From assembly GCA_964016885.1 (NCBI GenBank), contig OZ024757.1, positions 10,726,001 to 10,790,000 of the forward strand: a DNA stretch of 64,000 bases. The letters run 5' to 3'. The position numbers and the translations under genes are program-made. The stretch comes from Eledone cirrhosa. Taxonomy: Eukaryota. A model generated the notes under the pieces. It made no database searches. It was not told the DNA's origin and saw only the letters and a list, made by a program, of their open reading frames with translations. This document shows, in pieces, positions 43,201 to 54,800 of the stretch (position 1 is its first letter; each line of letters begins with the position of its first letter).

Positions 43201-46200
43201 AGTGTTGATGGTGGTGGCGGTGGTGGTAGTGTTGATGGTGGTGGCGGTGGTGGTAGTGTTGAGTGTGGTGGAGGTGTTGGTGGTAGTGTTGATGGTGGTG
43301 GCGGTGGTGGTGGTAGTGTTGATGGTGGTGGCGGTGGTGGTAGAGTTGATGGTGATGGTGGTGGTGGTAGTGTTGATGGTGGTGGCGGTGGTGGTAGTGT
43401 TGATGGTGGTGGCGGTGGTGGTAGTGTTGATGGTGCTGGAGGGGTTGGTGGTAGTGTTGATGGTGGTGGCGGTGGTGGTGGTAGTGTTGATGGTGGTGGC
43501 AGTGGTGGTAGTGTTGATGGTGGTGGCGGTGGTGGTAGTGTTGATCGTGGTGGTGGTGGTGGCAGTGTTGATGGTGGTGGCGGTGGTGATGGTAGTGTGG
43601 ATGGTGGTGGCGGTGATGGTGGTAGTGTTGTTGGTGGTGGCGGTGGTGGTAGTGTTGATGGTGGTGGCGGTGGTGGAAGTGTTGATGGTGGTGGCGGTGG
43701 TGGTAGTGTTGAGTGTGGTGGAGGTGTTGGTGGTAGTGTTGATGGTGGTGGCGGTGGTGGTAGTATTGATGATGGTGGCGGTGGTGGTGGTAGTATTGAC
43801 GGTGGTGGCGGTGGTGGTAGTGTTGATGGTGGTGGCGGTGGTGCTGGTAGTGTTGATGGTGGTGACTGTGGTGGTGGTAGTGTTGATGGTGGTGGCGGTG
43901 GTGGTAGTGTTCATGGTGGTGGCGGTGGTGGTAGTGTTGATGGTGGAGGTGGTGGTGGTAGTGTTGATGGTGGTGGCGGTGGTGGTGGTAGTGTTGATGG
44001 TGGTGGCGGTGGTGGTAGTGTTCATGGTGGTGGCGGTGGTGGTAGTGTTGATGGCGGTGGCGGTGGTGGTAGTGTTGATGGTGGAGGTGGTGGTGGTAGT
44101 GTTGATGGTGGTGGCGGTGGTGGTGGTAGTGTTGATGGTGGTGGCGGTGGTGGTAGTGTTGATGGTGGTGGCGGTGGTGGTAGTGTTGATGGTGGTGGTG
44201 CTAGTGTTGATGGTGGTGGCGGTGGTGGTAGTGTTGATGGCGGTGGCGGTGGTGGTAGTGTTGATGGTGGAGGTGGTGGTGGTAGTGTTGATGGTGGTGG
44301 CGGTGGTGGTGGTAGTGTTGATGGTGGTGGCGGTGGTGGTAGTGTTCATGGTGCTGGCGGTGGTGGTAGTGTTGATGGTGGTGGTGCTAGTGTTGATGGT
44401 GGTGGCGGTGGTGGTAGTGTTGATGGCGGTGGCGGTGGTGGTAGTGTTGATGGTGGAGGTGGTGGTGGTAGTGTTGATGGTGGTGGCGGTGGTGGTGGTA
44501 GTGTTGATGGTGGTGGCGGTGGTGGTAGAGTTGATGGTGATGGCGGTGGTGGTAGTGTTGATGGTGGTGGCGGTGGTGGTAGTGTTGATGGTGGTGGCGG
44601 TGGAGGTAGTGTTGATGGTGGTGGCGGTGGTGGTAGTGTTGAGTATGGTGGAGGTGTTGGTGGTAGTGTTGATGGTGGTGGCGGTGGTGGTGGTAGTGTT
44701 GATGGTGGTGGCGGTGGTGGTAGAGTTGATGGTGGTGGTGGTAGTGTTGATGGTGGTGGCGGTGGTGGTAGAGTTGATAGTGATGGTGGTGGTGGTAGTG
44801 TTGATGGTGGTGGCGGTGGTGGTAGTGTTGATGGTGGTGGCGGTGGTGGTAGAGTTGATGGTGGTGGTGGTAGTGTTGATGGTGGTGGCGGTGGTGGTAG
44901 AGTTGATAGTGATGGTGGTGGTGGTAGTGTTGATGGTGGTGGCGGTGGTGGTAGTGTTGATGGTGGTGGTGGTAGTGTTGATGGTGGTGGCGGTGGTGGT
45001 AGAGTTGATGGTGATGGTGGTGGTGGTAGTGTTGATGGTGGTGGCGGTGGTGGTAGTGTTGATGGTGGTGGCGGTGGTGGTAGTGTTGATGGTGCTGGAG
45101 GTGTTGGTGGTAGTGCTGATGGTGGTGGCGGTGGTGGTGGTAGTGTTGATGGTGGGGGCGGTGGTGGTAGAGTTGATGGTGATGGTGGTGGTGGTAGTGT
45201 TGATGGTGGTGGCGGTGGTGGTAGTGTTGATGGTGGTGGCGGTGGTGGTAGTGTTGATGGTGCTGGAGGTGTTGGTGGTAATGTTGATGGTGGTGGCGGT
45301 GGTGGTGGTAGTGTTGATGGTGGTGGCGGTGGTGGTAGTGTTGATGGTGGTGGCGGTGGTGGTAGTGTTGATGGTGGTGGCGGTGGTGGTAGTGTTGATG
45401 GTGGTGGCGGTGGTGGTAGTGTTGATGGTGGTGGTGGCGGTGGTGGTAGTGTTGATGGTGGTTGCGGTGGTGGTGGTAGTGTTGATGGTGGTGGCGGTGG
45501 TGGTAGAGTTGATGGTGATGGCGGTGGTGGTAGTGTTGATGGTGGTGGCGGTGGAGGTAGTGTTGATGGTGGTGGCGGTGGTGGTAGTGTTGAGTATGGT
45601 GGAGGTTTTGGTGGTAGTGTTGATGGTGGTGGCGGTGGTGGTGGTAGTGTTGATGGTGGTGGCGGTGGTGGTAGTGTTGATGGTGATGGCGGTGATGTTG
45701 GTGTTGATGGTGGTGGCGGTGGTGGTGGTAGTATTGATGGTGGTGGCGGTGGTGGTAGTGTTGATGGTGGTGGCGGTGGTGCTGGTAGTGTTGATGGTGG
45801 TGACTGTGGTGGTGGTAGTGTTGATGGTGGTGGCGGTGGTGGTAGTGTTCATGGTGGTGGCGGTGGTGGTAGTGTTGATGGTGATGGTGGTGGTGGTAGT
45901 GTTGATGGTGGAGGTGGTGGTGGTAGTGTTGATGGTGGTGGCGGTGGTGGTGGTAGTGTTGATGGTGGTGGCGGTGGTGGTAGTGTTGATGGTGGTTGCG
46001 GTGGTGGTAATGTTGATGGTGGTGGCGGTGGTGGTAGTGTTGATGGTGGTGGTGGCGGTGGTGGTAGTGTTGATGGTGGTGGCGGTGGTGGTAGTGTTGA
46101 TGGTGGTGGCGGTGGTGGTGGTAGTGTTGATGGTGGTGGCGGTGGTGGTAGAGTTGATGGTGATGGCGGTGGTGGTAGTGTTGATGGTGGTGGCGGTGGT

Positions 46201-49200
46201 GGTAGTGTTGATGGTGGTGGCGGTGGTGGTAGTGTTGAGTGTGGTGGAGGTGTTGGTGGTAGTGTTGATGGTGGTGGCGGTGGTGGTGGTAGTGTTGATG
46301 GTGGTGGCGGTGGTGGTAGAGTTGATGGTGATGGTGGTGGTGGTAGTGTTGATGGTGGTGGCGGTGGTGGTAGTGTTGATGGTGGTGGCGGTGGTGGTAG
46401 TGTTGATGGTGCTGGAGGGGTTGGTGGTAGTGTTGATGGTGGTGGCGGTGGTGGTGGTAGTGTTGATGGTGGTGGCAGTGGTGGTAGTGTTGATGGTGGT
46501 GGCGGTGGTGGTAGTGTTGATCGTGGTGGTGGTGGTGGCAGTGTTGATGGTGGTGGCGGTGGTGATGGTAGTGTGGATGGTGGTGGCGGTGATGGTGGTA
46601 GTGTTGTTGGTGGTGGCGGTGGTGGTAGTGTTGATGGTGGTGGCGGTGGTGGAAGTGTTGATGGTGGTGGCGGTGGTGGTAGTGTTGATGGTGGTGGCGG
46701 TGGTGGTAGTGTTGAGTGTGGTGGAGGTGTTGGTGGTAGTGTTGATGGTGGTGGCGGTGGTGGTAGTATTGATGATGGTGGCGGTGGTGGTGGTAGTATT
46801 GACGGTGGTGGCGGTGGTGGTAGTGTTGATGGTGGTGGCGGTGGTGCTGGTAGTGTTGATGGTGGTGACTGTGGTGGTGGTAGTGTTGATGGTGGTGGCG
46901 GTGGTGGTAGTGTTCATGGTGGTGGCGGTGGTGGTAGTGTTGATGGTGGAGGTGGTGGTGGTAGTGTTGATGGTGGTGGCGGTGGTGGTGGTAGTGTTGA
47001 TGGTGGTGGCGGTGGTGGTAGTGTTCATGGTGGTGGCGGTGGTGGTAGTGTTGATGGCGGTGGCGGTGGTGGTAGTGTTGATGGTGGAGGTGGTGGTGGT
47101 AGTGTTGATGGTGGTGGCGGTGGTGGTGGTAGTGTTGATGGTGGTGGCGGTGGTAGTAGTGTTGATGGTGGTGGCGGTGGTGGTAGTGTTGATGGTGGTG
47201 GTGCTAGTGTTGATGGTGGTGGCGGTGGTGGTAGTGTTGATGGCGGTGGCGGTGGGGGTAGTGTTGATGGTGGAGGTGGTGGTGGTAGTGTTGATGGTGG
47301 TGGCGGTGGTGGTGGTAGTGTTGATGGTGGTGGCGGTGGTGGTAGTGTTCATGGTGCTGGCGGTGGTGGTAGTGTTGATGGTGGTGGTGCTAGTGTTGAT
47401 GGTGGTGGCGGTGGTGGTAGTGTTGATGGCGGTGGCGGTGGTGGTAGTGTTGATGGTGGAGGTGGTGGTGGTAGTGTTGATGGTGGTGGCGGTGGTGGTG
47501 GTAGTGTTGATGGTGGTGGCGGTGGTGGTAGAGTTGATGGTGATGGCGGTGGTGGTAGTGTTGATGGTGGTGGCGGTGGTGGTAGTGTTGATGGTGGTGG
47601 CGGTGGTGGTAGTGTTGAGTGTGGTGGAGGTGTTGGTGGTAGTGTTGATGGTGGTGGCGGTGGTGGTGGTAGTGTTGATGGTGGTGGCGGTGGTGGTAGT
47701 GTTGATGGTGGTGGCGGTGGTGGTAGTGTTGATGGTGGTGGCGGTGGTGGTAGTGTTGATGGTGGTGGTGGCGGTGGTGGTAGTGTTGATGGTGGTGGCG
47801 GTGGTGGTGGTAGTGTTGATGGTGGTGGCGGTGGTGGTAGGGTTGATGGTGATGGCGGTGGTGGTAGTGTTGATGGTGGTGGCGGTGGTGGTAGTGTTGA
47901 TGGTGGTGGCGGTGGTGGTAGTGTTGAGTGTGGTGGAGGTGTTGGTGGTAGTGTTGATGGTGGTGGCGGTGGTGGTGGTAGTGTTGATGGTGGTGGCGGT
48001 GGTGGTAGAGTTGATGGTGATGGTGGTGGTGGTAGTGTTGATGGTGGTGGCGGTGGTGGTAGTGTTGATGGTGGTGGCGGTGGTGGTAGTGTTGATGGTG
48101 CTGGAGGGGTTGGTGGTAGTGTTGATGGTGGTGGCGGTGGTGGTGGTAGTGTTGATGGTGGTGGCAGTGGTGGTAGTGTTGATGGTGGTGGCGGTGGTGG
48201 CAGTGTTGATGGTGGTGGCGGTGGTGATGGTAGTGTTGATGGTGGTGGCGGTGGTGGTGGTAGTGTTGTTGGTGGTGGCGGTGGTGGTAGTGTTGATGGT
48301 GGTGGCGGTGGTGGTAGTATTGATGATGGTGGCGGTGGTGGTGGTAGTATTGATGGTGGTGGCGGTGGTGGTAGTGTTGATGGCGGTGGTGCTGGTAGTG
48401 TTGATGGTGGTGACTGTGATGGTGGTAGTGTTGATGGTGGTGGCGGTGGTGGTAGTGTTGATCGTGGTGGTGGTGGTGGCAGTGTTGATGGTGGTGGCGG
48501 TGGTGATGGTAGTGTGGATGGTGGTGGCGGTGATGGCGGTGGCGGTGGTGGTAGTGTTGATGGTGATGGCGGTGATGTTGGTGTTGATGGTGGTGGCGGT
48601 GGTGGTGGTAGTATTGATGGTGGTGGCGGTGGTGGTAGTGTTGATGGTGGTGGCGGTGGTGGTGGTAGTGTTGATGGTGGTGGCGGTGGTGCTGGTAGTG
48701 TTGATGGTGGTGGCGGTGGTGGTAGTGTTGATGACGTTCGCCGTGGTGGTCGTGTTGATGGTGGTGGCGGTGGTGGTGGTAGTGTTGATGTTGATGGCGG
48801 TGGTGGTAGTGTTGATGGTGGTGGCGGAGGTGGTAGTGTTGATGGTGGTGGTGGTGGTGGTAGTGTTGATGGTGGTGGTGGTGGTGGTACTGTTGATGGT
48901 GGTTGAGGTGGTGGTGGTAGTGTTGATGGTGGTGGCGGTGGTGGTGGTAGTGTTGATGGTGGGGGTGGTAGTGTTGATGGTGGTGGCGGTGGTGGTAGTG
49001 TTGATGGCGGTGGCGGTGGTGGTAGTGTTGATGGTGATGGCGGTGGTGGTAGTGTTGATGGTGGAGGTGGTGGTGGTAGTGTTGATGGAGGTGGCGGTAG
49101 TGGTGGTAGTGTTGATGGTGGTTGCGGTGGTGGTAGTGTTGATGGTGGTGGCGGTGGTGGTAGTGTTGATGGTGGTGGCGGTGGTGGTAGTGTTGAGTGT

Positions 49201-51880
49201 GGTGGAGGTGTTGGTGGTAGTGTTGATGGTGGTGGCGGTGGTGGTGGTAGTGTTGATGGTGGTGGCGGTGGTGGTAGTGTTGATGACGTTCGCCGTGGTG
49301 GTAGTGTTGATGGTGGTGGCGGTGGTGGTAGTGTTGATGGTGGCGGTGGCGGTGGTGGTAGAATTGATGGTGATGGCGGTGGTGGTAGTGTTGATGGTGG
49401 TGGCGGTGGTGGTAGTGTTGATGGTGGTGGCGGTGGTGGTAGTGTTTAGTGTGGTGGAGGTGTTGGTGGTAGTGTTGATGGTGGTGCCGGTGGTGGTGGT
49501 AGTGTTGATGGTGGTGGCGGTGGTGGTAGTGTTGATGGTGCTGGAGGTGTTGGTGGTAGTGTTGATGGTGGTGGCGGTGGTGGTGGTAGTGTTGATGGTG
49601 GTGGCGGTGGTGGTATTGTTGAGTGTGGTGGAGGTGTTGGTGGTAGTGTTGATGGTTCTGGCGGTGGTGGTGGTAGTGTTGATGGTGGTGGCGGTAGTGT
49701 TGATGGTGGTGGCGGTGGTGGTAGTGTTGATGGTGGTGGCGGTGGTGGTAGTGTTGATGAAGGTGGCGGTGGTGGTAGTGTTGATGGTGGTGGTGGCGGT
49801 GGTGGTAGTGTTGAGGGTGGTGGCGGTGGTGGTAGAGTTGATGGTGATGGCGGTGGTGGTAGTGTTGATGGTGGTGGCGGTGGTGGTAGTGTTGATGGTG
49901 GTGGCGGTGGTGGTAGTGTTGAGTGTGGTGGAGGTGTTGGTGGTAGTGTTGATGGTGGTGGCGGTGGTGGTGGTAGTGTTGATGTTGGTGGCGGTGGTGG
50001 TAGTGTTGATGGCGGTGGTGCTGGTAGTGTTGATGGTGGTGACTGTGGTGGTGGTAGTGTTGATGGTGGTGGCGGTGGTGGTAGTGTTGATGGTGGTGGC
50101 GGTGGTGCTGGTAGTGTTGATGGTGGTGACTGTGGTGGTGGTAGTGTTGATGGTGGTGGCGGTGGTGGTAGTGTTCATGGTGGTGGCGGTGGTGGTAGTG
50201 TTGATGGTGATGGTGGTGGTGGTAGTGTTGATGGTGGAGGTGGTGGTGGTAGTGTTGATGGTGGTGGCGGTGGTGGTGGTAGTGTTGATGGTGGTGGCGG
50301 TGGTGGTAGTGTTGATGGTGGTTGCGGTGGTGGTAATGTTGATGGTGGTGGCGGTGGTGGTAGTGTTGATGGTGGTGGTGGCGGTGGTGGTAGTGTTGAT
50401 GGTGGTGGCGGTGGTGGTAGTGTTGATGGTGGTGGCGGTGGTGGTGGTAGTGTTGATGGTGGTGGCGGTGGTGGTAGAGTTGATGGTGATGGCGGTGGTG
50501 GTAGTGTTGATGGTGGTGGCGGTGGTGGTAGTGTTGATGGTGGTGGCGGTGGTGGTAGTGTTGAGTGTGGTGGAGGTGTTGGTGGTAGTGTTGATGGTGG
50601 TGGCGGTGGTGGTGGTAGTGTTGATGGTGGTGGCGGTGGTGGTAGAGTTGATGGTGATGGTGGTGGTGGTAGTGTTGATGGTGGTGGCGGTGGTGGTAGT
50701 GTTGATGGTGGTGGCGGTGGTGGTAGTGTTGATGGTGCTGGAGGGGTTGGTGGTAGTGTTGATGGTGGTGGCGGTGGTGGTGGTAGTGTTGATGGTGGTG
50801 GCAGTGGTGGTAGTGTTGATGGTGGTGGCGGTGGTGGTAGTGTTGATCGTGGTGGTGGTGGTGGCAGTGTTGATGGTGGTGGCGGTGGTGATGGTAGTGT
50901 GGATGGTGGTGGCGGTGATGGTGGTAGTGTTGTTGGTGGTGGCGGTGGTGGTAGTGTTGATGGTGGTGGCGGTGGTGGAAGTGTTGATGGTGGTGGCGGT
51001 GGTGGTAGTGTTGAGTGTGGTGGAGGTGTTGGTGGTAGTGTTGATGGTGGTGGCGGTGGTGGTAGTATTGATGATGGTGGCGGTGGTGGTGGTAGTATTG
51101 ACGGTGGTGGCGGTGGTGGTAGTGTTGATGGTGGTGGCGGTGGTGCTGGTAGTGTTGATGGTGGTGACTGTGGTGGTGGTAGTGTTGATGGTGGTGGCGG
51201 TGGTGGTAGTGTTCATGGTGGTGGCGGTGGTGGTAGTGTTGATGGTGGAGGTGGTGGTGGTAGTGTTGATGGTGGTGGCGGTGGTGGTGGTAGTGTTGAT
51301 GGTGGTGGCGGTGGTGGTAGTGTTCATGGTGGTGGCGGTGGTGGTAGTGTTGATGGCGGTGGCGGTGGTGGTAGTGTTGATGGTGGAGGTGGTGGTGGTA
51401 GTGTTGATGGTGGTGGCGGTGGTGGTGGTAGTGTTGATGGTGGTGGCGGTGGTGGTAGTGTTGATGGTGGTGGCGGTGGTGGTAGTGTTGATGGTGGTGG
51501 TGCTAGTGTTGATGGTGGTGGCGGTGGTGGTAGTGTTGATGGCGGTGGCGGTGGTGGTAGTGTTGATGGTGGAGGTGGTGGTGGTAGTGTTGATGGTGGT
51601 GGCGGTGGTGGTGGTAGTGTTGATGGTGGTGGCGGTGGTGGTAGTGTTCATGGTGCTGGCGGTGGTGGTAGTGTTGATGGTGGTGGTGCTAGTGTTGATG
51701 GTGGTGGCGGTGGTGGTAGTGTTGATGGCGGTGGCGGTGGTGGTAGTGTTGATGGTGGAGGTGGTGGTGGTAGTGTTGATGGTGGTGGCGGTGGTGGTGG
51801 TAGTGTTGATGGTGGTGGCGGTGGTGGTAGAGTTGATGGTGATGGCGGTGGTGGTAGTGTTGATGGTGGTGGCGGTGGTG
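37280..51880. repeat. Higher-order tandem duplication, period 7302 bp, near-identical copies (boundaries approximate), followed by a further partial copy
   Basis: Private variants recur exactly 7302 bp apart: GATAGTGAT 37474/44776; TGA 41602/48904; TAG 42145/49447; ORF-track starts 43597/50899. The TAG variant occurs a third time at 53773. Confidence 0.9.
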
Positions 51881-54800
51881 GTAGTGTTGATGGTGGTGGC
51901 GGTGGTGGTAGTGTTGAGTGTGGTGGAGGTGTTGGTGGTAGTGTTGATGGTGGTGGCGGTGGTGGTGGTAGTGTTGATGGTGGTGGCGGTGGTGGTAGTG
52001 TTGATGGTGGTGGCGGTGGTGGTAGTGTTGATGGTGGTGGCGGTGGTGGTAGTGTTGATGGTGGTGGTGGCGGTGGTGGTAGTGTTGATGGTGGTGGCGG
52101 TGGTGGTGGTAGTGTTGATGGTGGTGGCGGTGGTGGTAGGGTTGATGGTGATGGCGGTGGTGGTAGTGTTGATGGTGGTGGCGGTGGTGGTAGTGTTGAT
52201 GGTGGTGGCGGTGGTGGTAGTGTTGAGTGTGGTGGAGGTGTTGGTGGTAGTGTTGATGGTGGTGGCGGTGGTGGTGGTAGTGTTGATGGTGGTGGCGGTG
52301 GTGGTAGAGTTGATGGTGATGGTGGTGGTGGTAGTGTTGATGGTGGTGGCGGTGGTGGTAGTGTTGATGGTGGTGGCGGTGGTGGTAGTGTTGATGGTGC
52401 TGGAGGGGTTGGTGGTAGTGTTGATGGTGGTGGCGGTGGTGGTGGTAGTGTTGATGGTGGTGGCAGTGGTGGTAGTGTTGATGGTGGTGGCGGTGGTGGC
52501 AGTGTTGATGGTGGTGGCGGTGGTGATGGTAGTGTTGATGGTGGTGGCGGTGGTGGTGGTAGTGTTGTTGGTGGTGGCGGTGGTGGTAGTGTTGATGGTG
52601 GTGGCGGTGGTGGTAGTATTGATGATGGTGGCGGTGGTGGTGGTAGTATTGATGGTGGTGGCGGTGGTGGTAGTGTTGATGGCGGTGGTGCTGGTAGTGT
52701 TGATGGTGGTGACTGTGATGGTGGTAGTGTTGATGGTGGTGGCGGTGGTGGTAGTGTTGATCGTGGTGGTGGTGGTGGCAGTGTTGATGGTGGTGGCGGT
52801 GGTGATGGTAGTGTGGATGGTGGTGGCGGTGATGGCGGTGGCGGTGGTGGTAGTGTTGATGGTGATGGCGGTGATGTTGGTGTTGATGGTGGTGGCGGTG
52901 GTGGTGGTAGTATTGATGGTGGTGGCGGTGGTGGTAGTGTTGATGGTGGTGGCGGTGGTGGTGGTAGTGTTGATGGTGGTGGCGGTGGTGCTGGTAGTGT
53001 TGATGGTGGTGGCGGTGGTGGTAGTGTTGATGACGTTCGCCGTGGTGGTAGTGTTGATGGTGGTGGCGGTGGTGGTGGTAGTGTTGATGTTGATGGCGGT
53101 GGTGGTAGTGTTGATGGTGGTGGCGGAGGTGGTAGTGTTGATGGTGGTGGTGGTGGTGGTAGTGTTGATGGTGGTGGTGGTGGTGGTACTGTTGATGGTG
53201 GTGGAGGTGGTGGTGGTAGTGTTGATGGTGGTGGCGGTGGTGGTGGTAGTGTTGATGGTGGGGGTGGTAGTGTTGATGGTGGTGGCGGTGGTGGTAGTGT
53301 TGATGGCGGTGGCGGTGGTGGTAGTGTTGATGGTGATGGCGGTGGTGGTAGTGTTGATGGTGGAGGTGGTGGTGGTAGTGTTGATGGAGGTGGCGGTAGT
53401 GGTGGTAGTGTTGATGGTGGTTGCGGTGGTGGTAGAGTTGATGGTGATGGCGGTGGTGGTAGTGTTGATGGTGGTGGCGGTGGTGGTAGTGTTGATGGTG
53501 GTGGCGGTGGTGGTAGTGTTGAGTGTGGTGGAGGTGTTGGTGGTAGTGTTGATGGTGGTGGCGGTGGTGGTGGTAGTGTTGATGGTGGTGGCGGTGGTGG
53601 TAGTGTTGATGACGTTCGCCGTGGTGGTAGTGTTGATGGTGGTGGCGGTGGTGGTAGTGTTGATGGTGGCGGTGGCGGTGGTGGTAGAATTGATGGTGAT
53701 GGCGGTGGTGGTAGTGTTGATGGTGGTGGCGGTGGTGGTAGTGTTGATGGTGGTGGCGGTGGTGGTAGTGTTTAGTGTGGTGGAGGTGTTGGTGGTAGTG
53801 TTGATGGTGGTGCCGGTGGTGGTGGTAGTGTTGATGGTGGTGGCGGTGGTGGTAGTGTTGATGGTGCTGGAGGTGTTGGTGGTAGTGTTGATGGTGGTGG
53901 CGGTGGTGGTGGTAGTGTTGATGGTGGTGGCGGTGGTGGTATTGTTGAGTGTGGTGGAGGTGTTGGTGGTAGTGTTGATGGTTCTGGCGGTGGTGGTGGT
54001 AGTGTTGATGGTGGTGGCGGTAGTGTTGATGGTGGTGGCGGTGGTGGTAGTGTTGATGGTGGTGGCGGTGGTGGTAGTGTTGATGATGGTGGCGGTGGTG
54101 GTAGTGTTGATGGTGGTGGTGGCGGTGGTGGTAGTGTTGAGGGTGGTGGCGGTGGTGGTAGAGTTGATGGTGATGGCGGTGGTGGTAGTGTTGATGGTGG
54201 TGGCGGTGGTGGTAGTGTTGATGGTGGTGGCGGTGGTGGTAGTGTTGAGTGTGGTGGAGGTGTTGGTGGTAGTGTTGATGGTGGTGGCGGTGGTGGTGGT
54301 AGTGTTGATGTTGGTGGCGGTGGTGGTAGTGTTGATGGCGGTGGTGCTGGTAGTGTTGATGGTGGTGACTGTGGTGGTGGTAGTGTTGATGGTGGTGGCG
54401 GTGGTGGTAGTGTTCATGGTGGTGGCGGTGGTGGTAGTGTTGATGGTGGTGGTGGTAGTGTTGATGGTGATGGTGGTAGTGTTGATGGTGGTGGCGGTGG
54501 TGGTAGTGTTGATGGTGATGGCGGTGATGTTGGTGTTGATGGTGGTGGCGGTGGTGGTGGTAGTATTGATGGTGGTGGCGGTGGTGGTAGTGTTGATGGT
54601 GGTGGCGGTGGTGGTGGTAGTGTTGATGGTGGTGACTGTGGTGGTAGTGTTGATGGTGTTCGCCGTGGTGGTAGTGTTGATGGTGGTGGCGGTGGTGGTG
54701 GTAGTGTTGATGTTGATGGCGGTGGTGGTAGTGTTGATGGTGGTGGCGGAGGTGGTAGTGTTGATGGTGTTCGCCGTGGTGGTAGTGTTGATGGTGGTGG

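Noticed and set aside
15911-53775. Gly-rich (GGGGGGSVD)n ORFs resembling structural proteins
   Set aside because: No unique N- or C-terminus; stops at 41602, 42145, 48904, 49447 and 53773 were propagated by duplication.
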